From Dehalococcoidia bacterium (GTDB lineage: Bacteria; Chloroflexota; Dehalococcoidia; Plut-88900), in NCBI GenBank assembly GCA_965249275.1, contig CBDFLQ010000003.1:1-10318 (forward strand): a DNA stretch of 10,318 bases, given 5' to 3'. Shown here one piece after another: positions 1-7,282 of this stretch. The notes beneath the pieces were generated by a model. The model saw nothing but the letters and a program-made list of their open reading frames with translations, made no database searches and was not told where the DNA came from. The translations under genes and the position numbers were made by a program. The stretch's first letter is position 1, and the number at the start of each line of letters is the position of its first letter.

Positions 1-1
1 T

Positions 2-1150
2 GTTGGATATTGAAACGTTAACGTATTCAGTTGTAATAAACCTATTAGATGCGTCGTGTCGCAGGGCACCACCCTTAGGCCCAAAGTCATATCCCTGACT
101 CGCAAAAGGTGTCGGGGTAGGGCTTGTAGGAGTTGCGGTCGGCACCGCCGTCCCGGCCCGCAGGACCGGCACCCGGTCTATAACCGTCCTCGCTGATATT
201 GCAAACCCGATCCCCTCCGCTCCATAGTCCGACACGTATACAAACGAGTTGATCCCCAGCACTCGGCCTTCAGGAGAAAGCATGGGGCCGCCGCTGTTAC
301 CCGGGTTTATCGACGCGTCCGTTTGAATCACATACGCCTGATGATCTGAGTCGTAGCGCAACGCCGACACTATCCCCTTTGTAACAGTAGCCTGCCCTTC
401 GATGCCCAACGCATATCCAATGTTCACCACTTCGTCCCCTACTTCCAGCGCCGTCGCATCCCCGAATTCCAAAGCAGTGAAATCGCCGCAGCAAATGCTC
501 AACACTGCCAGGTCCCGGACCGAATCGACCCCCAACACCGTCCCGTTATAAGTCGTCGAATCGTTTACCGTCACATTCACTCTCGACTGCGCCTCTACAA
601 CATGCTCATTAGTGACCACGTATCCCGTTCTGCCCTGGGAATCGAATATCACCCCAGTACCTGTACCCGCGCTGCTGGTTATCCTAACGACGGCAGGCCT
701 TGCCTGCTTGACCATCGCACTAACTTCTAAACCGGGAACAGGCGTAGGCGTGGCTGTAGGCACAGGTGTCGGTGTAGGCACGGGTGTAGGCGTGGGGGTC
801 GGCACGGGTGTAGGCGTGGCAGTCGGCACGGGTGTAGGCGTGGGCGTCGGTACAGGCGTAGGCGTGGGTGTTGGCACGGGCGTAGGCGTGGGCACGGGTG
901 TAGGCGTCGAGACCAGTGTGGGCGCAGGTAAAGCCGTGGGGGGCATTGCCGCCATCGTGACCGCCAGCCGTGCCTCAACTGTCGCGTCGATATCCGGGAG
1001 AGGGGTCGGCGTAGCTGTCGGCAGGGCTTCAGCGACCGCTGTCCTAACCTCCGACCCAACGTCCGGCGTCGGCATCGGGGCTTCATCTGTCCCACTGCAC
1101 GCACTCAAAACTAGCGCCAGGGTGATCGCCACCACACCAAGGACTCTCAT
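2..1150 (-). CDS. Lipoprotein trypsin-like serine protease (peptidase S1C, HtrA/DegP-like domain) with Pro-Thr linker; 3' end lies beyond the window
   Basis: Manual translation from ATG at 1150; absent from the ORF track because no stop occurs in the window. Starts MRVLGVVAITLALVLSA-C (lipobox), followed by a PT-rich linker and the catalytic triad motifs VVTNEHVV (His 602-604), RDLAVL (Asp 512-514) and QTDASINPGNSGGPM (Ser 293-295), plus GIGFAIS. A second short PT stretch and a further domain follow. About 383 codons in the window. Confidence 0.93.
   Translation of the reverse strand, partial: MRVLGVVAITLALVLSACSGTDEAPMPTPDVGSEVRTAVAEALPTATPTPLPDIDATVEARLAVTMAAMPPTALPAPTLVSTPTPVPTPTPVPTPTPTPVPTPTPTPVPTATPTPVPTPTPTPVPTPTPVPTATPTPVPGLEVSAMVKQARPAVVRITSSAGTGTGVIFDSQGRTGYVVTNEHVVEAQSRVNVTVNDSTTYNGTVLGVDSVRDLAVLSICCGDFTALEFGDATALEVGDEVVNIGYALGIEGQATVTKGIVSALRYDSDHQAYVIQTDASINPGNSGGPMLSPEGRVLGINSFVYVSDYGAEGIGFAISARTVIDRVPVLRAGTAVPTATPTSPTPTPFASQGYDFGPKGGALRHDASNRFITTEYVNVSISN
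734..907 (-). repeat. Coding tandem repeat (mainly 24-bp units) encoding a TPTPVPT[P/A] linker
   Basis: GGCACGGGTGTAGGCGTGG recurs on + at 777, 801 and 825 (24-bp period) with degenerate copies either side. Translates on - to about 58 aa of TPTPVP repeats. Confidence 0.9.
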
Positions 1151-1246
1151 TTGTTGCCCCAACTACTCCTACGTATAAACCTGCTCCAGAGTCCGCGCAA
1201 TATCCCGTACCCTCTCAATCATCCCATCCCCCCCACCCCCGACTCC

Positions 1247-1639
1247 CTACACGCTCTCCGCCTCCTCTATGTACGCGGGCCCCGCATTGTCCGGCCTGAG
1301 CTTTCTTGCGTCTTTCATATAAACGTGCTTTATGTCTTTCGCCGTCTTCTCCGTATTGATCAGCACCATTGCCCGGATCACCTTTTTGAGTCCCTTAGGT
1401 ACGTTCATCTCGTGGCCGCACAGAAGGGCCGTGTCCACCCAACCCAGCCGCCGGGCCGCGACCGCCGGATACTCCGCATTCAGGTCCTCCGTCGTAGTAA
1501 ACGTCGCCGAGGCTATCTGATCGGCCTCAATGTCGTTCGCCTTGATCATCTTCTGGAGAAGCTCAGTCGTAGCCTCAAGGATCGATTCCTCACTGTTCTC
1601 TGTTGCCGTAATGGCCCCGCGTATTCCTCTGCACCACAA
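1247..1639 (-). CDS. aroH: Chorismate mutase, AroH class (Bacillus subtilis type)
   Basis: Motifs RGIRGAIT, FTTTEDLNAEYPAVAAR, LLCGHEMNVPKGLKKVIR and HVYMKDARKLRPD. Start moved from 1693 to TTG at 1639, which has AGGAGAG (1648-1654) 8 nt upstream and avoids overlap with trpA. 130 aa. Confidence 0.95.
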   Translation of the reverse strand: MWCRGIRGAITATENSEESILEATTELLQKMIKANDIEADQIASATFTTTEDLNAEYPAVAARRLGWVDTALLCGHEMNVPKGLKKVIRAMVLINTEKTAKDIKHVYMKDARKLRPDNAGPAYIEEAESV

Positions 1640-1655
1640 AATAAAAACTCTCCTG

Positions 1656-2456
1656 TTACAAAGCCTCAGCGCAGCCCCGAAGCCCGCGCACAAAATTCCT
1701 TACATTCTCTTCCCGGTCCCCAGGCACCGACTGCTCGATCAGGTTTATTAGAGCGCTACCCACAGCCACTCCATCTGACATCGAAGCGGCCCTTTCCACG
1801 TGCTCTCTTGCCGAAATCCCAAACCCGACCAATAACGGTAAGTCCGTCTCCGCCCGCACCCTGCCCAGAAACTCCGGAAGATCGGCGCCCATTTCCCGTC
1901 TCGCCCCCGTGACACCCGTCAAGCCGACGCAGTACACGAACCCCGATGACACCGCCACCACCCTTTTTATCCGCTCCTCCGTGCTGGTTGGGGCCAGGAG
2001 AAATATGAAGTCCATGCCCCGGGCCTTGGCCGCGCTCTGCAATGGCCCCGCCTCTTCGAGAGGCAAATCGACAACAATCAGCCCATCGAGACCTGCCTCC
2101 GACGCATCATCGGCAAACCGGTTCAGCCCATAGCTCAGCAGCGGATTGTAGTATCCCATCAATATCAACGGAACGTCCGGAAATCGGCTTCGTGCGTTCC
2201 GGCAGCAATCGAGGCAGTCCGCAAGAGTGATGTTCTGATCAAGAGCAACCTGGCTGGACCTCTGTACGGTCGGCCCTTCCGCAAGGGGATCACTGAATGG
2301 AGCCCCAAGCTCGATAATGTCGGCCCCACCTTCCACCATCGCCCCTACCATAGCCTGCGTCGACTCCCTGTCAGGAAACCCGACTGTTAGAAATGTCGCA
2401 ATGACGGGTCTATCAGCCGCTCGGGCCCGTTCAAATGTATCGGATAAACGGCTCAA
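1656..2456 (-). CDS. trpA: Tryptophan synthase alpha subunit
   Basis: Motifs IIELGAPFSDPLAEGPTVQ, LMGYYNP, GLIVVDLP, FLLAPTST, GVTGAR, VGFGIS and DGVAVGSA. Start set at TTG 2456 (MSRLSDTF, 266 aa, typical TrpA length) because the predicted promoter at 2521-2549 lies inside the longer 2576 ORF. Confidence 0.95.
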   Translation of the reverse strand: MSRLSDTFERARAADRPVIATFLTVGFPDRESTQAMVGAMVEGGADIIELGAPFSDPLAEGPTVQRSSQVALDQNITLADCLDCCRNARSRFPDVPLILMGYYNPLLSYGLNRFADDASEAGLDGLIVVDLPLEEAGPLQSAAKARGMDFIFLLAPTSTEERIKRVVAVSSGFVYCVGLTGVTGARREMGADLPEFLGRVRAETDLPLLVGFGISAREHVERAASMSDGVAVGSALINLIEQSVPGDREENVRNFVRGLRGCAEAL

Positions 2457-2520
2457 TTGCTTATCAACATCCGGTCTTTTGTCAAACCCAACCCCCTCAA
2501 CCTGCACCAATAAGGGTGGA

Positions 2521-2549
2521 ATACTAGCACCCCCCTCCCCCCCTTTCAA
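2521..2549 (-). promoter_or_regulatory. Putative sigma70 promoter for trpA-aroH
   Basis: On - strand: TTGAAA (2549-2544), 17-nt spacer, TAGTAT (2526-2521), with an extended -10 TGn. The spacer is almost entirely G. Confidence 0.65.
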
Positions 2550-2750
2550 GAAAGGTAAACAGACCCTTATATCCATGATATTTCAAGCCGTTAGTCAGGG
2601 GAGCCAGTGAAAATTGCCATGCCGTCTAAGCTGAGTTTCTTCATACTCACTCACTCGTCTCCATTCTTCCACTTATCGCCGTAATTCCCGCTTATCAGCC
2701 GACTTGCGAAATGCGGCCCAACTACCTCCCCTCCTCCCCTTCCCACACCC

Positions 2751-2779
2751 TTGACACAACTTTAGCCTATCGGTATCTT
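2751..2779 (+). promoter_or_regulatory. Putative sigma70 promoter for the molybdoenzyme operon
   Basis: Perfect -35 TTGACA (2751-2756), 17-nt spacer, TATCTT (2774-2779), about 87 nt upstream of the TTG start at 2867. Confidence 0.75.
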
Positions 2780-2866
2780 GGAACCGCTTCATTAGGAAGT
2801 AATACCCGTGGCCCTAAGCCTAGGACTCAACCTGTCCCTCGTTTGAGGGGGAAAAGAGGCCCGCCT

Positions 2867-3739
2867 TTGAAATGGATCGATTACCTTAGCCCTACGTCCC
2901 TTAGCGAGGCTGTCGATATCCTCGCCCGTGACGGCGACCGCACCCGTGCCCTCGCCGGTGGCACCGACATCCTCGTTCAGCTTCGCGCCAGGCGTCGTCA
3001 GCCCGATTTGCTGCTCGATGTCAAGGCCATCCCGGAGCTCAATGAGCTCTCCTACGACTCCGCCTCAGGCTTGACCATTGGCGCAGCGGTCGAATGTTAC
3101 AAGATCTACGAAGACGCCGCTGTGATGGCGCATTACCCCGCCCTCGTGGACTGCACCTTAATCATCGGGGGCATCCAGATCCAGGGTCGAGCCTCCGTTG
3201 GCGGCAACCTCTGTAACGCCGCCCCCAGCGCCGACTCCATTCCCGCGTTGATAGCCTACGGCGCAACCGCTAATATCGCCGGACCCAACGGCACCCGTAG
3301 CGTCCCCGTCGAGGACGTCTGCACCGGCCCCGGTCAGAGCATACTCGCCGCCAACGAGATTCTTGTCTCGATTAGCGTCCCAGCCCCCGCTGCCAACTCC
3401 GGCGCCCGCTACATCCGCTTCATACCCCGTAACGAAATGGACATCGCCGTAGTCGGGGCAGGCGTATCGGTGGAGTTGGACGGAGACACCATCAAGTCCG
3501 CCCGCGTGTCCCTCGCCTCCGTCGCACCAACTCCCCTCTTCGTCAGGGAAGCCGGGGACGCCCTCGCCGGGCAGCCTATAAGCGACGAGTCCATTCGTAA
3601 GGCTTCCGCGCTCGCCCAGGCCGCTGCCAGACCCATTACCGACATGCGCGGCACCATCGAATTCAGGACACACCTCTGTGAAGTTTTGACCCGACGAGCT
3701 TTAAACACCGCCATCGAGCGGGCCAAGGAGGCGTCTTAG
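2867..3739 (+). CDS. Xanthine dehydrogenase family FAD-binding (medium, CoxM/CutM-like) subunit
   Basis: Motifs ALAGGTDIL, IGGIQIQGRASVGGNLCNAAPSAD and PITDMRGTIEFR. Start moved from 2711 to TTG 2867 (AAGAGG 7 nt upstream), giving 290 aa. No [4Fe-4S] Cys insert of the HcrB/PaoB type. Confidence 0.93.
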   Translation: MKWIDYLSPTSLSEAVDILARDGDRTRALAGGTDILVQLRARRRQPDLLLDVKAIPELNELSYDSASGLTIGAAVECYKIYEDAAVMAHYPALVDCTLIIGGIQIQGRASVGGNLCNAAPSADSIPALIAYGATANIAGPNGTRSVPVEDVCTGPGQSILAANEILVSISVPAPAANSGARYIRFIPRNEMDIAVVGAGVSVELDGDTIKSARVSLASVAPTPLFVREAGDALAGQPISDESIRKASALAQAAARPITDMRGTIEFRTHLCEVLTRRALNTAIERAKEAS

Positions 3740-4225
3740 ATGCCCAGGAAAACCTACGTACAGACGACCATTAACGGCGAAAACGTCGAGTTCCTCTGCG
3801 AACCCCGACAAAGCCTTCTCGAGTGCCTGCGCGACGTAATCGGGCTCACCGGCTCCAAAGAAGGCTGCAATGACGGCAACTGCGGCGCCTGCACCGTGAA
3901 CTTGGATGGCCGCATCGTCACCTCCTGCCTCGTCCTCGGAGTCGAGGCCGAAGGCAAGAACATCGAGACCATCGAGGGTGTCGCCGACGGCAACAACCTC
4001 CACCCCATACAGCAGGCCTTCCTCGAAAATGCCGCGCTTCAGTGCGGTATCTGCACACCCGGTTTCATCGTGGCGGCCAAGGCGCTCCTCGAACGCGAAC
4101 CCGACCCCTCAGAGGACCGCATCCGCTTCTGGCTCGCCAACAACCTCTGCCGTTGCACGGGCTACGACAAGATAGTTAGAGCCGTACTCGACTCCGCTAA
4201 GAAGATGCAGGAGGCTAAGAGTTGA
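3740..4225 (+). CDS. Xanthine dehydrogenase family 2x[2Fe-2S] (small, CoxS/CutS-like) subunit
   Basis: GSKEGCNDGNCGACTV...TSC and QCGICTPG...NLCRCTGY. RBS AAGGAGG at 3725-3731. ATG directly abuts the upstream TAG. Confidence 0.96.
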   Translation: MPRKTYVQTTINGENVEFLCEPRQSLLECLRDVIGLTGSKEGCNDGNCGACTVNLDGRIVTSCLVLGVEAEGKNIETIEGVADGNNLHPIQQAFLENAALQCGICTPGFIVAAKALLEREPDPSEDRIRFWLANNLCRCTGYDKIVRAVLDSAKKMQEAKS

Positions 4226-6501
4226 CAACAAGGCAGGGCACCGACTCCAACGTAGTCCTTGTTAATCAGGAGTTCGATGTAGTCGGCACCCGGCCCATCC
4301 GTCACGATGGCGCTGACAAGGTCACGGGGCGCGCCCGCTACGGCGCTGACTTCCAGGCCGCCGACCTCCTTCGCGGTAGGGTCTTGCGCAGCCCCCACGC
4401 CCACGCCCGCATCAAGTCCATAGACACTTCCAAGGCCGAGGCCCTGGAAGGCGTCCGCGCCGTTGTCACCTCTAAAGACTTCCCCACCAACGACGCCGAC
4501 AAGCCTGCCAGACACTACCAGCGGGAGAACGTCCTCGCCGGAGAGAAGGCCCTCTACGTCGGCCATGCCATAGTAGGCGTAGCCGCCGTGAGCGAACATG
4601 TCGCCGAAGAGGCCCTTTCCCTCATCGATATCGAATACGAGGTCCTTCCGCCCGTCACCAGTGCCCCCCAGGGCATGGCCTCCGACTCCCAAATTCTCCA
4701 CGAGGAAATGCGCACCGACGAGTCCGGTGAAAAAGGCACTGAGCCCAGCAATGTCGCCACCCACTTCCAACAGGTCATCGGCGATATCGAGGAGGGTTTT
4801 GCAAAGGCCGATTTCATCATCGAAAGAGATTTCGACACCGCAACCGTCCATCAGGGCTACATCGAACCTCAGAACGGTACCGCCCTCTGGAACAATGATG
4901 GCCGACTCCACGTCTGGACCAGCACTCAGGGCGCCTTTCCCGTAAGGACCTCCATGTCTCAAATCTTGGATATACCCGTTTCCAAGATACGCGTGACGCC
5001 TATGGAGATAGGTGGAGGGTTCGGCGGCAAGATACCCGTCTACTTGGAACCCGTGGCCGCGCTCCTCTCCAGGAAGACCGGCCGACCCGTCAAGATGCAG
5101 ATGTCCCGCAGAGAGGTCTTCGAGGGCACAGGCCCGACCCCCGGCTCCCACGTAAAGGTAAAGATGGGCGCCACCAGGGACGGCAAACTTACCGCTGCAC
5201 AGGCCCACCTCGCCTACGAGGCCGGAGCCTTCCCCGGCTCCCCCGTCGGCGCCGGCGCTACCTGCGTGTTTGCCTGCTACAACATCCCCAATATCGTCAT
5301 TGACGGTTACGATGTCGTGGTTAACAAGCCCAAAACTGCCGCTTATAGGGCCCCCGGCGCAACCAACGCCGCCTTCGCTTCCGAGACTGTGGTAGACATG
5401 CTCGCAGAGAAAGTTGGCATGGACCCCTTGGATTTCCGTATGCTCAACACGTCCAAGGAAGGCACCCGTCGCGCCGACGGCACCTCCTTCGGCGTGGTCG
5501 GCTGCGCCGAGGTTATCGAGGCCATGAAGTCGCATCCCCACTACGCCTCCAAGCTGGAAGGACCCAACCGGGGACGAGGTGTCGCTGTCGGGTTCTGGAT
5601 GAACATCGGCTGGAGGTCGGCCTGCTCCATCAGTGTCAACTATGATGGCACCATCAACCTGCTCATCGGCTCCACCGACATCGGCGGCACCCGGGCCTCC
5701 ATCGCCATGCAGGCCGCAGAGGTCCTGGGCATCTCTCCCGAGGACGTTAACCCCGCCGTCGTCGACACCGATTCCATAGGCTACACCGACGTCACCGGCG
5801 GCAGCCGCACAACCTTCGCTACCGGCTGGGCCGCCCATGAGGCCGCCGCGGACGTACGCAACGAAATGGTCAAACGGGCCGCCATCCTCTGGGAAATCGA
5901 GCCGGATAACATTGAGTTCAGCAAGAGCGTATTCAGGTCCAAGTCGGACCCCGAACTCTCCATCTCATTCAAGGAGTTGGCTCGCAAGATGAACGATACC
6001 GGTGGTGGCGTCGTCGGCAAGTCCACCGTCGACCCCAAGGGCGTAGGCGTTTCCTTCGCCGGTGCCATCACCGACGTGGAGATAGACCCCGAGACTGGCA
6101 AGGTCACCGTCCTCCGCTTCACCTGCGTCCAGGACGTAGGCAAAGCCGTCCACCCGTCCTATGTGGAAGGCCAAATGCAGGGCGGCAGCGTTCAGGGCAT
6201 CGGCTGGGGCCTCAATGAGGAGTATTACATGAACCCCGAGGGTGGCATGGACAATTTCACCCTCCTCGACTACCGGATGCCCACCTCCCTCGACATCCCC
6301 ATGATCGACACCGTCATCGTCGAAGTCGCCAACCCAGGCCATCCCTACGGAGTCCGGGGCGTGGGAGAGGCCAGCATAATTGCGCCCCCTGCGGCCATCG
6401 CCGACGCCATACACAACGCCATAGGAATCAGGCTGGAAAACCTGCCTATGAACCCACCGGCAGTCCTGGCCGCTTTGAGCAACGGTAACTCCGAGAGTTG
6501 A
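4222..6501 (+). CDS. Xanthine dehydrogenase family molybdopterin-binding (large, CoxL/CutL-like) subunit, substrate unknown
   Basis: Motifs KVTGRARYGAD, RSPHAHARI, HQGYIEP, TSTQG, GGGFGGK, AYRAPG, EGQMQGG and RGVGE (catalytic Glu). TTG start overlaps the upstream TGA (TTGA); RBS AGGAGG at 4209-4214. 759 aa. Confidence 0.96.
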   Translation: MTTRQGTDSNVVLVNQEFDVVGTRPIRHDGADKVTGRARYGADFQAADLLRGRVLRSPHAHARIKSIDTSKAEALEGVRAVVTSKDFPTNDADKPARHYQRENVLAGEKALYVGHAIVGVAAVSEHVAEEALSLIDIEYEVLPPVTSAPQGMASDSQILHEEMRTDESGEKGTEPSNVATHFQQVIGDIEEGFAKADFIIERDFDTATVHQGYIEPQNGTALWNNDGRLHVWTSTQGAFPVRTSMSQILDIPVSKIRVTPMEIGGGFGGKIPVYLEPVAALLSRKTGRPVKMQMSRREVFEGTGPTPGSHVKVKMGATRDGKLTAAQAHLAYEAGAFPGSPVGAGATCVFACYNIPNIVIDGYDVVVNKPKTAAYRAPGATNAAFASETVVDMLAEKVGMDPLDFRMLNTSKEGTRRADGTSFGVVGCAEVIEAMKSHPHYASKLEGPNRGRGVAVGFWMNIGWRSACSISVNYDGTINLLIGSTDIGGTRASIAMQAAEVLGISPEDVNPAVVDTDSIGYTDVTGGSRTTFATGWAAHEAAADVRNEMVKRAAILWEIEPDNIEFSKSVFRSKSDPELSISFKELARKMNDTGGGVVGKSTVDPKGVGVSFAGAITDVEIDPETGKVTVLRFTCVQDVGKAVHPSYVEGQMQGGSVQGIGWGLNEEYYMNPEGGMDNFTLLDYRMPTSLDIPMIDTVIVEVANPGHPYGVRGVGEASIIAPPAAIADAIHNAIGIRLENLPMNPPAVLAALSNGNSES

Positions 6502-6504
6502 GTC

Positions 6505-6768
6505 ATGGCCACCGTCTTTATTCCGTCCCTGATGCGGACTCTATCCGGCGGTAAGGACCGCGCCGAGATTCAGGGCACGACCGTGCGCCAGATCATCAAG
6601 AATCTCGATGAAGTATTTCCCGGAATGCAGGACCGTCTCACCGAGAATGGTCGCCTCAAGGCCGCTTTCGCCGTCGCGGTTGACGGCGAAGTCTCCCAGC
6701 TCGGCATCCTCGAAAAAGTCCGCGAGGACAGCGAGGTCCACTTCCTAAACGCCATAGCCGGCGGCTAG
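6505..6768 (+). CDS. MoaD/ThiS family ubiquitin-like sulfur carrier protein
   Basis: 87 aa with a beta-grasp pattern (MATVFIPSLMR...GTTVRQII...FPG...VAVDGE...EVHFL) and C-terminal AIAGG. Starts 3 nt after the Mo-subunit stop. Confidence 0.92.
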   Translation: MATVFIPSLMRTLSGGKDRAEIQGTTVRQIIKNLDEVFPGMQDRLTENGRLKAAFAVAVDGEVSQLGILEKVREDSEVHFLNAIAGG

Positions 6769-6786
6769 ACGGGGCCCCGCACCAAC

Positions 6787-7266
6787 ATGGAACATCCCAA
6801 CCCCATAATCGAACTCACCTACGAAGACGCCCAGATCGGCTTCGAGTTCGCCCCCTACACCTTCCACGTCACCCGAGACCTCGTTGACCGCTTGGCCGAC
6901 CTCCTCGAAGAAGACCTCCCCCTCTTCCGAGATTCCGACGCCGCCAAGAACGCCGGCTATTCACAAATCGTAGCCATGCCCGTGCTCATGAACTGCTACG
7001 CCCACTTCATAGCCATCATGGATGGCGCAGGCTACCGACGCCCCGGCGAGTCCTTCCACTCCCGTTCCGGCTTCACCTTCATCGCCCCCGTCTACCCCGG
7101 CGACACCATCACCAGCAAGATGAAGATCGTCGACAAGTGGGTTAAGCGAGACCACCAGTATCTCGCATTCCGCATCGAGAGCCGGAACCAGGACGGCATC
7201 CTGGTCGCCGAGAAATACCACGCCAGCGTCTGGCCCAGTGAGAACACCGTCCGCCCGAGCCCCTAG
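6787..7266 (+). CDS. MaoC-like hotdog-fold protein (HadA/FAS1-dehydratase-N-like, probably non-catalytic partner)
   Basis: EEDLPLFRDSDAAKNAGYSQIVAMP and FTFIAPVYPGDTIT...RNQDG fit the hotdog dehydratase pattern. The catalytic His of the hydratase-2 motif is absent. Confidence 0.8.
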   Translation: MEHPNPIIELTYEDAQIGFEFAPYTFHVTRDLVDRLADLLEEDLPLFRDSDAAKNAGYSQIVAMPVLMNCYAHFIAIMDGAGYRRPGESFHSRSGFTFIAPVYPGDTITSKMKIVDKWVKRDHQYLAFRIESRNQDGILVAEKYHASVWPSENTVRPSP

Positions 7267-7282
7267 CCCCGAGGAGAGCGTC

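Noticed and set aside
734-907. Possible CRISPR array
   Set aside because: Units are contiguous, in frame and have no unique spacers. No cas genes are present.
612-1178. 188-aa + ORF rich in GVGVGT, and the 727..1104 - ORF with RLHP repeats
   Set aside because: Antisense and alternative-frame readings of the protease's PT linker. The real frame carries the lipobox and catalytic triad.
1151-1249. aroH and the protease share a frame separated only by TAG codons (1247, 1169, 1163); a 17-aa ORF MIERVRDIARTLEQVYT lies at 1169-1222
   Set aside because: Read-through would need three amber suppressions, AroH is already full length, and the protease has its own signal peptide. The small ORF has no supporting evidence.
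2457-2576. 40-aa N-terminal extension of TrpA in the ORF track
   Set aside because: It spans the predicted promoter and G-tract and makes TrpA abnormally long. TTG 2456 fits better.
2711-2866. 52-aa N-terminal extension of the FAD subunit
   Set aside because: It contains the TTGACA-17-TATCTT promoter, and family similarity begins at TTG 2867.
4162-5838. 558-aa - strand ORF and other antisense ORFs over the operon
   Set aside because: Shadow ORFs expected from GC-rich codon bias. No recognisable motifs.
2867-6501. Calling the cluster coxMSL (aerobic CODH), xdhABC or hcrCAB
   Set aside because: No AYxCSFR or AYxGAGR loop, no GGGFGGKE, no [4Fe-4S] insert in the FAD subunit, and no cox accessory genes.
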